64,000 bases of DNA from Oscillospiraceae bacterium (GTDB lineage: Bacteria; Bacillota; Clostridia; Oscillospirales; CAG-272). Where the stretch lies: assembly GCA_015064505.1 (NCBI GenBank), contig SVSB01000001.1:56826-120825 (forward strand), written 5' to 3'. A model generated the notes under the pieces. That model worked only from the letters and a program-made list of their open reading frames with translations, did not search any database and was not told the DNA's origin. Made by a program: the position numbers and the translations under genes. Shown piece after piece: positions 8,631-17,110 of this stretch. Position 1 is the first letter of the stretch. Each line of letters begins with the position of its first letter.

Positions 8631-11222
8631 CTATTTAGCGGTGCGAATATTCAGACTTACGATCTGCGCATCTCCCGAAAGGCTTATGCCGTTGCTTGCT
8701 TCATCGGGATATATCATTGCGGATATTACCGCCTCGCCATTTCCGCCGAACACCTCAACGCTTACCGTATCAACGTATACGCGCAAAGCGATAAGGCCGT
8801 TTTCATCGGGCTTAAGTCTTGCGGAAAAGCTCTTGCCGGTGTAGGTATAACCGCTGTCCCTTGCAAGCTCGCCGGATCTTGAAGTATCCAGGACGAGCAG
8901 CGAAGATGACTTGTTGTATATAAGCCTTGTTGCCTCACTCTCGCCCTTACGCAGCTCTATAACGACGCGGGAGGCGTTTTCCATGTCAAAGATGCCCTCA
9001 AGATAATACGCATTGCTTTCAACGGACGGAATATCAGCCTTTCCTATTTCCTCATTCTTCATTTCAAAGGCCTTACCGCCGAACAAAGAACCAACCTCCT
9101 CAACGGGATTCTGGATCAGTATCGGAACCCCTTCCGAGGAGATAAGCGCAACCTCATAGGGCAGGGACATTATGCCGTCCCAGGCCTTATCTGCCTTAAG
9201 AAGCGGCGCGCTCTTGTCAACCATCCAGTTAAGCAGTATTCTTCTTCCCTGCGGATCGTTAAAGAAGCTTTGGGTAGCGTAAACACCCTTCACGGAGGAG
9301 GTACCGTTAAAATCCCTCTTATCATATTCGGCAAAAAACTCGTACAGTCCGTTTCCGTTCTTTTCAAGAGCTCCCACGTAATATGACACTCCCGCGCACG
9401 AAAGCACCCATTTCACGTTGTTTTCGTCTCCATCCACGGCAAGCGGGAACAAATCGGGGCACTCACTGTAAATTGCTCCGCCGCTCTTTGTCTTTGCTGC
9501 GCTGTTTGGGGTCCAGTGTATAAGATCGGGAGAGGTGAAGAGCTGAACGCGACCTCCGCCGATTATCATCAGCCACACACCGCCGTTTTCGGCAGTTTCA
9601 TCTTCTATCCAAATGACCTTTGGATCGCGGAACGCCTTATTTTCGGTGGTTATGTATTTGCTTGTTTCTATAACGGCACCGTAGAGCTTGTAGGTATAGC
9701 CTCCGTCGTGGGAATACGCAAGCATCTGCGTTTCCTTACCGCCCGAGCTGCGCGTAAATACAGTAACGAGCCTGTTTTCGGGCGCTATGCTGTCATTAAA
9801 AAGACCAGAGGTGTTATTTTTATCCACAACGGCACTACCCGATATGGTATGTCCGAAGCTCATTGCCGCATTTTGCTCCGTCCAGTTCACCAGATCCTTT
9901 GATACAGCGTGACCCCAGCTTGCGCGGACCTTATCGCGCAAAATGCCCTCGTGCCGCTGATAATACATATGATATTCGCCCGTTGCGGCGTTGTAAACAA
10001 GGCCGTTCGGGTCGGCAAGGAAGTTCTTTTTGGGCGAATAATGATACACGGGGCGGTACACGTCGCCGCCTGAAAGAGGAGACGAACCGTTGATTGAGTT
10101 TATCTCCGCCAAAAGATCGCTTTCCGCACTTCTTCCCTCGGAAATATCTCCGCATATCTTCGTTACGCTTCCAAATGACGAAGTATCGCACTTCAGCTTT
10201 GATATGAGGTATGCAAAATTATCCTGCTCACAGTACAGATTTACCGCACCGCATTTTTTCATACTGTCCTCTGCGGGTCCCCAAGGGTTGGGGCAAGTGC
10301 CGGAAATGCCAAATGAGGAGCCCTGAACCGTAGTAAAGCTTTTTTCGGCATCAAAGCGGTCGGTTACGTACAGATTGAGCACGCCCGTACAGCGATCGGA
10401 GGTTCCGCGCATACCGTTGATGAAAACGTTGATCTTTCCTCCGTCTATAAGCACCTCGCCATTTGCATAGGTATAAGCACCTTCACCCCAAGGGCCGACA
10501 AAAACCTTGTTTACCTCCGCCGTGCCTGCTATGGTGAGATAGATCGTGCCGTTATAATTACGGTCCTTTCCGTATCTGGAGCCGCCCGTTATCTCGGTGA
10601 ACACACCGCTTTTTACGGTAACGTGTACGTCCTTTTCCTTGTTAGCGCCTCCGTTACTGCCACCTATAAGGATAACCTCGTTGAAAGTACCTGAGAAATC
10701 CACGCCTTCCTCAAAGGTTATGCAATTAAAATCCGCAATAAATACCGCCTTGCCGTTTATCTTTACGGGCAAGTTTTCAAAGACAGTATCACCGGAAAGA
10801 TAATATCTGCATCCGTTTTTAAAGCTTATGGAGCCGTTATAGGTTTTGCCGCCGTAGCTTGCGGTAATAACGACCCTGCCACCGTGGGCGGGCTGACGGT
10901 AGTCGCCGCCTATTTCAATGGGATTCATAATAACTACGCAGCTATCCTCCGCACAAGCGGAAATTGCCTCGTCAATCCCCTTAAAAGGCTCTTGCTCCGA
11001 ACCGTTTCCCCCGTTTCCCTTGGGGTCAACGTAAAACACGTTTTCCATGATCTCCTCCGTTTTCTCCGTCGTTGCGGCTTCCGTTTTCGGTTCAGCCGTC
11101 GTTTCGGGTATAGCCGTGGTTAACGGCGCTTTTGTGGTTATTGCATCCGTTTTTTCACCGCCGCACGCCGCAGCAGAGAACGCAATAAAACAAATAAGCA
11201 AGCATACCGGCAATTTTTTCAT
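8631..11222 (-). CDS. Lipoprotein GH32 beta-fructosidase/levanase with Thr-rich linker and extra N-terminal beta-rich domain
   Basis: Lipobox AAAC; GH32 motifs (A)DPNG, WGHAVSKDL, SGSAVVD, FRDP, ECP; C-terminal D..SVEVF beta-sandwich. Confidence 0.9.
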   Translation of the reverse strand: MKKLPVCLLICFIAFSAAACGGEKTDAITTKAPLTTAIPETTAEPKTEAATTEKTEEIMENVFYVDPKGNGGNGSEQEPFKGIDEAISACAEDSCVVIMNPIEIGGDYRQPAHGGRVVITASYGGKTYNGSISFKNGCRYYLSGDTVFENLPVKINGKAVFIADFNCITFEEGVDFSGTFNEVILIGGSNGGANKEKDVHVTVKSGVFTEITGGSRYGKDRNYNGTIYLTIAGTAEVNKVFVGPWGEGAYTYANGEVLIDGGKINVFINGMRGTSDRCTGVLNLYVTDRFDAEKSFTTVQGSSFGISGTCPNPWGPAEDSMKKCGAVNLYCEQDNFAYLISKLKCDTSSFGSVTKICGDISEGRSAESDLLAEINSINGSSPLSGGDVYRPVYHYSPKKNFLADPNGLVYNAATGEYHMYYQRHEGILRDKVRASWGHAVSKDLVNWTEQNAAMSFGHTISGSAVVDKNNTSGLFNDSIAPENRLVTVFTRSSGGKETQMLAYSHDGGYTYKLYGAVIETSKYITTENKAFRDPKVIWIEDETAENGGVWLMIIGGGRVQLFTSPDLIHWTPNSAAKTKSGGAIYSECPDLFPLAVDGDENNVKWVLSCAGVSYYVGALEKNGNGLYEFFAEYDKRDFNGTSSVKGVYATQSFFNDPQGRRILLNWMVDKSAPLLKADKAWDGIMSLPYEVALISSEGVPILIQNPVEEVGSLFGGKAFEMKNEEIGKADIPSVESNAYYLEGIFDMENASRVVIELRKGESEATRLIYNKSSSLLVLDTSRSGELARDSGYTYTGKSFSARLKPDENGLIALRVYVDTVSVEVFGGNGEAVISAMIYPDEASNGISLSGDAQIVSLNIRTAK

Positions 11223-11242
11223 TTTGCATCCTTTCCGCGATA

Positions 11243-11980
11243 TCAGGCAAGCACTATCTCAAAATGCCGCTTGTATCTTTCAAGCTGCTCCAAGGAGATA
11301 CCGCCATCGGTAACGCAGACGTCAATATCCGAAAGATCCGTGATCTTCTCCATTGCAGTCTTGTCAAATTTCGAATGGTCAGCCACAAGTATCCGTTTTT
11401 TTGCCGCCCCTATTATCTTTTGCTGAAGGCGCGTGTGCATGGGATACGGCGCCGTAAGTCCGTGCTCCGAGGAGATACCGCTGGTTCCGATAATGCATAC
11501 GTCTGCGTGTACGGAAGATATAAACTCCTCTGCCTGCGTGCCGACAAAGCCCATGGAATCCGGAAAAAAGTAGCCTCCGCTGCAATACAGCACGCTGTTT
11601 TTGAATTTTGAAAGCAGAAGTGAAGCCTGCAGGCTGGTGGTGTAAAAGGTAAGTCCCATTGAAAGATCCAGATGCTTTGCGCATTCAAGGGCGGTGGTAC
11701 TGTTATCAAATATCACCGACTGACCGGGCTTTATCAGCTCTGCGGCCTTTTTTCCGATCCTGTATTTTTCATCGGCGTAGAAAACGCTTTTTTCTCTGTC
11801 CGAGCATTCCACGAACACGGCGGCTCCGCGTTTTTTATACAGATAGCTGTGCTCCTCCAGATAGTTAAGGTCCCTGTGTACCGTCATTTCCGATACACCG
11901 AGATGTGCCGCAAGATCCTTTACCGTGATCTCGCCGCGCTTCTCAAGCAAAGTAATAATATCCTGTTGACGGGTGTTCAT
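11243..11980 (-). CDS. DeoR/GlpR family transcriptional regulator
   Basis: GGAGGTG RBS; HTH VSEMTVHRDL; DNSTT and DHSKF sensor motifs. Confidence 0.92.
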   Translation of the reverse strand: MNTRQQDIITLLEKRGEITVKDLAAHLGVSEMTVHRDLNYLEEHSYLYKKRGAAVFVECSDREKSVFYADEKYRIGKKAAELIKPGQSVIFDNSTTALECAKHLDLSMGLTFYTTSLQASLLLSKFKNSVLYCSGGYFFPDSMGFVGTQAEEFISSVHADVCIIGTSGISSEHGLTAPYPMHTRLQQKIIGAAKKRILVADHSKFDKTAMEKITDLSDIDVCVTDGGISLEQLERYKRHFEIVLA

Positions 11981-11998
11981 TTCACCACCTCCATGCCA

Positions 11999-12040
11999 AT
12001 TATATAACAATGCCATAACAAAGTCAACACATTTTGTTAT
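11999..12040 (-). promoter_or_regulatory. SigmaA promoter of the DeoR gene overlapped by TGTTAT boxes (candidate operator)
   Basis: Minus strand TTGACT-17-TATAAT; ATAACA at 12004 and 12015, inverted TGTTAT at 12035. Confidence 0.65.
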
Positions 12041-12057
12041 TTTAAAGGCAAAAAAAA

Positions 12058-12118
12058 CGGACGGCCAAGGCCGCCCCTACATTGTGCCGTGATCGTAGGG
12101 GCGAGCATCGCTCGTCCG
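12058..12118. repeat. Inverted pair of GTAG-type REP elements
   Basis: Reverse complement of GTAGGGGCGGCCTTGGCCGTCCG followed by GTAGGGGCGAGCATCGCTCGTCCG; each has an internal hairpin. Confidence 0.7.
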
Positions 12119-12127
12119 CCGTTTTTA

Positions 12128-12970
12128 TCAATTTCCGAACAGTATCTTCGCTCTTGAGCAATACTCTCTTATAAGCGAGAAAACAAGGGATGCAGGGGTG
12201 GGGGAATCTGCGGAAAAGCAGGGCACCTCACCAAAGCCCGCGCGGCGCATAAGGGTCTTTATTCGGGGAATGTGGAAGGAGGTGGACACACAGGCGACCT
12301 CCCTGTCCTCAAGCCCCATTTTCGTTATGAGCGCTTTGGAATTATCAATGTTTGCAATGGTGTTTCTTGCTTCCGTTTCCGCTATGATGCGCTCCTCGGG
12401 AATGCCCTTTGCTATAAGATAATTCCGCATTACCTCCCCTTCGGGCATTATCTCGTCATCACCCTGACCACCCGTTACGATGCAGATAAGATCGGGGCGC
12501 GCCTCCATCAGCTCTGCGGCTCTGTCAAGGCGCTTTGCAAGAGGACGTGCGGGATTCGTGCCCTGTACCTTGGAGCCAAAGACCAGAAGTATCGCACCGT
12601 TATCAAGCTCGTCTATACTTGCATCGGGCGCGGGAAACAACAGCGTATCCCACAGATGGATAACGAAGGTAACAAGGAAAAACAGCGCAAGCGCCGTATA
12701 TACGCACAGCAGAATAAATGCAAGGCGCGGCGTTTTTTTGCGCAAAAAGGGATATATGAGAAGGGGCAGAAGAGAGCACGCGGAAACGAGCACCGCAAGG
12801 ATGCGGGGGCTTGTCCCCTCCGGGAAAACGAACTGCCGTAAAAGATAGGAAAAGAACATCAGAAAAATAACGGTGCCGCAGATATATCCCGTTATTCTTA
12901 CCGTCTTTTCTCCCTTTATTTTCGGGGGAAGGCTTTTTTTATTTGCTGTTTTCGTTTTTAATTTCTTCAT
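12128..12970 (-). CDS. YdcF/ElyC (DUF218) family membrane protein
   Basis: Three TM helices, then LLVFGS, RLDRA, TGGQG, ARNTIAN, FHIPR; start probably ATGA-coupled at 12970 (ORF track start 12979). Confidence 0.85.
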   Translation of the reverse strand: MKKLKTKTANKKSLPPKIKGEKTVRITGYICGTVIFLMFFSYLLRQFVFPEGTSPRILAVLVSACSLLPLLIYPFLRKKTPRLAFILLCVYTALALFFLVTFVIHLWDTLLFPAPDASIDELDNGAILLVFGSKVQGTNPARPLAKRLDRAAELMEARPDLICIVTGGQGDDEIMPEGEVMRNYLIAKGIPEERIIAETEARNTIANIDNSKALITKMGLEDREVACVSTSFHIPRIKTLMRRAGFGEVPCFSADSPTPASLVFSLIREYCSRAKILFGN

Positions 12971-14142
12971 GGCTTCCATCTGCTTGAATACTCGGCGTGA
13001 TACTCCACGTTGCCGAGGCGAACGCCCTTGCCCTTTTCCTTATACTCGCAGAGCATCTTTTTAAAGTGCTCCCCATTGCAGGGAACGGGCACGGGATGAC
13101 CCTCGTATGCGGAAAGGTATGCGGCGTTGGAAAGATCAAGAGCGTTTATCGCCTCATCTGCGGGGCAGATAAGCTCCTCTTCCTTACCGAGCAGCACTCG
13201 GGCAAAGTTTTCAAGCACTATTTCGTGGCCGTCTCTTTCAAGCTTTTCGGGGGTTATATCCTCCCATTTGCCGTCTGCGCGATAGGAGGACTTCATTGCT
13301 GTATTGCGCACGTCCATTTCGTCGAAGCTGTTTACGAACAGCTTAAGCTTGCCGCCCTCGGCAACAAGCTTGCCGCGGCTGCCCGTTATCTCAAGGCGGT
13401 TTGTACCGGGAAGCTCACCCGTAGATGCGATAAATACGCAAGAGGCGCCGTTTTCATAGCGCCCGACGATAACAGCATCATCCTCCACCTCAATATCGTG
13501 CCATAGGGAAATGCCGCAATCGCCGTATACCGTTGCGGGCATTCCCACCAGCCATTGAAGCAGATCAAGCTGATGGGGCGCTTGATTCAAAAGCACTCCT
13601 CCGCCCTCACCATTCCAGGTGGCGCGCCAGCCGCCGTTATCGTAATAATGCTGTGTTCTGTACCAGGCAGAGGCAACGAACAGAGTGCGGCGCAGTTCGC
13701 CGATAACGCCGTTTTTTACTATCTCTCTCGCTTTGATATATACGGGAGTGGTGCGCTGATTGAACATAACGCCGTAAAGCAGTCCTTTTTCCTTGGCAAA
13801 AGATACCGCTCTGCGCGCCTCCGAAGCCTCTACCGCAACGGGCTTTTCGGAAAGGACGTGAACGCCTTTTTTCATGGCGTACTCGGCAATGGGTACGTGG
13901 CTGTAATGGGGCACCGCAATCATCAGTGCCTCGCAAACGCCGGAATCAATAAGCTCCTCATGGGAAGCAAAGCGCGGCACTTCGGGAAACTTTTCCGCGC
14001 AAAGTGCAAGCTTTTCGGGATCCGTATCGCAAAGGGCGGCAAGATACGCGCCGTCTATTTTGCCGCCGTACAGGGCGTTTGCGTGGGCAGAACCGATTGC
14101 ACCTACGCCGCACACGGCAAAGGCTATTTTTTTATCGCACAT
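12967..14142 (-). CDS. Gfo/Idh/MocA family NAD(P)-dependent oxidoreductase
   Basis: GVGAIG, PHYSH, EKP, GGGVLLNQAPHQLD. Confidence 0.92.
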   Translation of the reverse strand: MCDKKIAFAVCGVGAIGSAHANALYGGKIDGAYLAALCDTDPEKLALCAEKFPEVPRFASHEELIDSGVCEALMIAVPHYSHVPIAEYAMKKGVHVLSEKPVAVEASEARRAVSFAKEKGLLYGVMFNQRTTPVYIKAREIVKNGVIGELRRTLFVASAWYRTQHYYDNGGWRATWNGEGGGVLLNQAPHQLDLLQWLVGMPATVYGDCGISLWHDIEVEDDAVIVGRYENGASCVFIASTGELPGTNRLEITGSRGKLVAEGGKLKLFVNSFDEMDVRNTAMKSSYRADGKWEDITPEKLERDGHEIVLENFARVLLGKEEELICPADEAINALDLSNAAYLSAYEGHPVPVPCNGEHFKKMLCEYKEKGKGVRLGNVEYHAEYSSRWKP

Positions 14143-15305
14143 CAGTATGTCCCTTCCGTATTGCCGAAGGTCTCCTTAACGTTCGTCTTGCGGCGGGAGG
14201 TGGCAACTCTCTTCATAAGCTCTGCCTTGAAAAGCTCCTCGTCGAAGGGGAACTCCACGGGCTTTCCCGTCCAGGCGGAAAGGTGCATCGCGTTTGAGAG
14301 CATAAGTCCGTTTATGCCCTCTTCACCGTCTGCTATCAGCTTGCCGCCGCGGAGCACCGCATCCGCAAAGGCGTTAAGGACAGCGGGATGCTGAGGATTC
14401 TCTCCGTCAAGCTCCACGGCGATCTTCTCGCACCCGGGAGTGCCGAAGGGCACCTCGTTCACGGCGGAAAATTCCTGCTCCGCCATAGGAAGCTTCCAAA
14501 GGGTAAGATTCTTCCCCTCCGCAACCAGCTTGCCCTTATCAAAGGTTATCTCCAGACGGTTTGTTCCGGGATAGTCACCCGTGGAGGTAACGAACACGGC
14601 AGTTGCACCGTTTTCATACTCCGCGTAAGCGGTAACGTCGTCCTCTACCTCTATATCGTGCCATTTACCGAAGTGCAGATTTGCGCTTATTTTTCGGGGC
14701 ATACCGCAGAACCACTGCCACAGATCAAGCTGATGGGGGCACTGATTAAGCAGAACGCCGCCGCCCTCTCCGCTCCAGGTTGCGCGCCAATCACCGGAAT
14801 CGTAATAAGCGCGGGGACGGTACCAGCTTGTGATTATCCAGTTAAAGCGGCGCATTGCGCCAAGCTCACCCGAATCTATCATTTCCTTTATCTTACGGTA
14901 TACGCAGTTTGTGCGCTGATTGAACATCATACCGAAGACCTTGCCGCTTTCCTTTGCCGCCTTGTTCATCACTCTTACGTCGGCAGTACAGACTCCCGCA
15001 GGCTTCTCCACCATTACGTGATATCCCTTGGCAAACGCTTCTACGGCAAAGGGAACGTGACCGTAATGAGGCACGCAGATAATAACGCTTTCGCATTTCT
15101 TTGCGGCAAGAAGCTCCTCGCCCGAGGAGAAGAACTCGGGCATCTCCGCGCCCGCCTCGGCAAACATTTTTTTGGCCTCCGCAATGCGCGCTTCCTTCAG
15201 GTCAGCAACTGCGGTGATCTTTATCTCGGGGCATTTGCCCGCAAGTATGTTTTTTGCGTGACCGGTGCCCATGTTACCAAACCCGATTATTCCGAGTGTA
15301 AGCAT
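14142..15305 (-). CDS. Gfo/Idh/MocA family oxidoreductase (paralogue of the downstream gene)
   Basis: GFGNMG, PHYGH, EKP, GGGVLLNQCPHQLD; TGATG coupling to the next gene. Confidence 0.92.
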   Translation of the reverse strand: MLTLGIIGFGNMGTGHAKNILAGKCPEIKITAVADLKEARIAEAKKMFAEAGAEMPEFFSSGEELLAAKKCESVIICVPHYGHVPFAVEAFAKGYHVMVEKPAGVCTADVRVMNKAAKESGKVFGMMFNQRTNCVYRKIKEMIDSGELGAMRRFNWIITSWYRPRAYYDSGDWRATWSGEGGGVLLNQCPHQLDLWQWFCGMPRKISANLHFGKWHDIEVEDDVTAYAEYENGATAVFVTSTGDYPGTNRLEITFDKGKLVAEGKNLTLWKLPMAEQEFSAVNEVPFGTPGCEKIAVELDGENPQHPAVLNAFADAVLRGGKLIADGEEGINGLMLSNAMHLSAWTGKPVEFPFDEELFKAELMKRVATSRRKTNVKETFGNTEGTY

Positions 15306-15315
15306 ATTTTCCTCC

Positions 15316-16059
15316 TTACTTAAGCCCTAGGGACTTCAGATATTTACAGCTTTTTTCAAGACATTCAAAGGGATCCTCTCCGTTGCAGTTATCCTGCTCA
15401 ACGAAGGCGTATTTGGTTCCCGCAGACTCGCAGGCGGCAACTATCTTCTCAAAATCAAGAGAGCCGTTTCCTACCCACTCCATGCGTTTTTCCTCACCCA
15501 TATCCTTGAAGTGAACGCAATCAAGTCTGCCGCTTAACTTGTTTATATATTCAACGGGATCGCAGCCTCCCGCCTTTACCCAATAGGTATCAAGGGTAAA
15601 GCCCATAAGAGAAGCGGGAATGCGCTCCGCCATAGTATCAAGTATCACCGTGCCCTCGTAGGTCTCGAACTCATGGCCGTGGTTATGATACATAAACAGC
15701 TTGCCCGCATCCGCAATCTTCTTCATAACGGGCAGAAATATCTTTTCAAAGCCTTCGTAGCCCTCGCCGTTTTGCAGCTTGCGCCAGCCAAGACCGATAT
15801 AGTCAGCGCCGATAACCTCGTGCGCCTTGATGACAGCATCGGTCTTTTCCGTAAGCAGATCCACCTTCGTATGGGTAAGGGGGCAGATAAGACCGTTCTT
15901 ATCAAGCTGCTCCTTGAACCACACGGGATCAACGGCGCAGATGCCGCTTGCCTGAACGGCGGTGTATCCCATAGCGGCAACGCGCTCAAGGGTCTTTGCC
16001 ACGTCCTCGGGTGTTTTGCAAAATTCTCTTACCGTGTAAAGCTGTGCTCCGCAGATCAT
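15316..16059 (-). CDS. Sugar phosphate isomerase/epimerase, xylose-isomerase-like TIM barrel
   Basis: GAQLYTVR, YHNHGHEF, LDTYW, VHFKD, VEQD. Confidence 0.9.
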   Translation of the reverse strand: MICGAQLYTVREFCKTPEDVAKTLERVAAMGYTAVQASGICAVDPVWFKEQLDKNGLICPLTHTKVDLLTEKTDAVIKAHEVIGADYIGLGWRKLQNGEGYEGFEKIFLPVMKKIADAGKLFMYHNHGHEFETYEGTVILDTMAERIPASLMGFTLDTYWVKAGGCDPVEYINKLSGRLDCVHFKDMGEEKRMEWVGNGSLDFEKIVAACESAGTKYAFVEQDNCNGEDPFECLEKSCKYLKSLGLK

Positions 16060-16095
16060 ATCCGTTCTCCTTTTTATCCGTACTTTTATCCGTTT

Positions 16096-16965
16096 TTATC
16101 TGTAAGTATTTCCCGTCTTTTCGATAACGGTTTTAAGGGATCTTATGGCAACGTCAAATGCCTCGCCGTTTGTCTTGAAGCCGCGGCTGTACTTCCTGCT
16201 CAGATCCTCCGCGCTGTCGTTCTCCAGTGCCGCAAGCCCCGCAAATATCTTAAGATGCGGCTCTGCCGTCAGGCACAGATGACCGTTCTTTGCGCAGGCA
16301 GTAAGCAGCTCTTCCATACGGCAATCGCCGTATCCCGCGGGATGGATGCTTCCGTCCCTTGCCGCGTCCTTGATATGTATATATTCAAGATAAGAGGCAA
16401 GCAGACCGTAGGCGGCAATGGGCTCTTCCCCGCACTGCATAAAGTTTGCGGGGTCGTATACTCCCTTTATCTTCGGCAGTGCGTCAAGAAGCTTCAGGCA
16501 TCTTGTTGCCGTATCCCCGAAGATGCCCTTCTCGTTTTCGTGGCACAGAAGAATACCGCTTCCCTCCGCCGCCTCCGTAAAGCGCAGAAGTCTTTCCCCA
16601 ACCTCGTCGAAGTACGGATCCGCATCCTCTCCCTTGGGGATATAAAAGCTGAAGATGCGCATTTTTTCAGCGCCCAGAACACGGGCGGTTTCTATAAGTC
16701 GGGAAAGGCGGTCGATCTCCGGCTGAAGAGGATCTTTAATACCGATCTTTCCAATGGGGGAGCCGATGGAAAAGACCTCGATCCCGTTTCCGTCCAGCCG
16801 TTTTTTTATCTCACAAGCGGCGGCAACGTCTATATCGGCAACGTTTTTGCCGTCAACGCCACGTATCTCCATACGGGAAACGCCGTTGCGCGAAAGGGCA
16901 CTTATCTGCCCCTCAAGGGCACGGTCCGCCTCATCCGAAAAGGCGCAGAGTCTGAATTCTGCCAT
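16096..16965 (-). CDS. Sugar phosphate isomerase/epimerase family TIM-barrel protein
   Basis: GGAGGT RBS; AFSDE, GSPIGK, HENEKGI, DPANF, HIKDA, EPHL. Confidence 0.88.
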   Translation of the reverse strand: MAEFRLCAFSDEADRALEGQISALSRNGVSRMEIRGVDGKNVADIDVAAACEIKKRLDGNGIEVFSIGSPIGKIGIKDPLQPEIDRLSRLIETARVLGAEKMRIFSFYIPKGEDADPYFDEVGERLLRFTEAAEGSGILLCHENEKGIFGDTATRCLKLLDALPKIKGVYDPANFMQCGEEPIAAYGLLASYLEYIHIKDAARDGSIHPAGYGDCRMEELLTACAKNGHLCLTAEPHLKIFAGLAALENDSAEDLSRKYSRGFKTNGEAFDVAIRSLKTVIEKTGNTYR

Positions 16966-17065
16966 ATTTACCTCCGCAGTCGAATATCTTTTTTTAAATT
17001 TTAACACAGCAGAGGTCGGATGTAAAGTCCGTTTTTGTGCTAAAAGGTGGGGATTTTGAAAAAAC

Positions 17066-17100
17066 AAAAAGGCAAAAACCCTGAAGGCTTTTGCCTTTTT
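17066..17100 (-). terminator. Intrinsic terminator after the spore-coat gene
   Basis: AAAAAGGCAAAA...TTTTGCCTTTTT inverted repeat. Confidence 0.65.
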
Positions 17101-17110
17101 CATCAATCAG

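Noticed and set aside
16071-16103. Three short TTTTATCCG-like direct repeats between the two TIM-barrel genes
   Set aside because: Too short and low in complexity; partly explained by the stop codon and RBS context.
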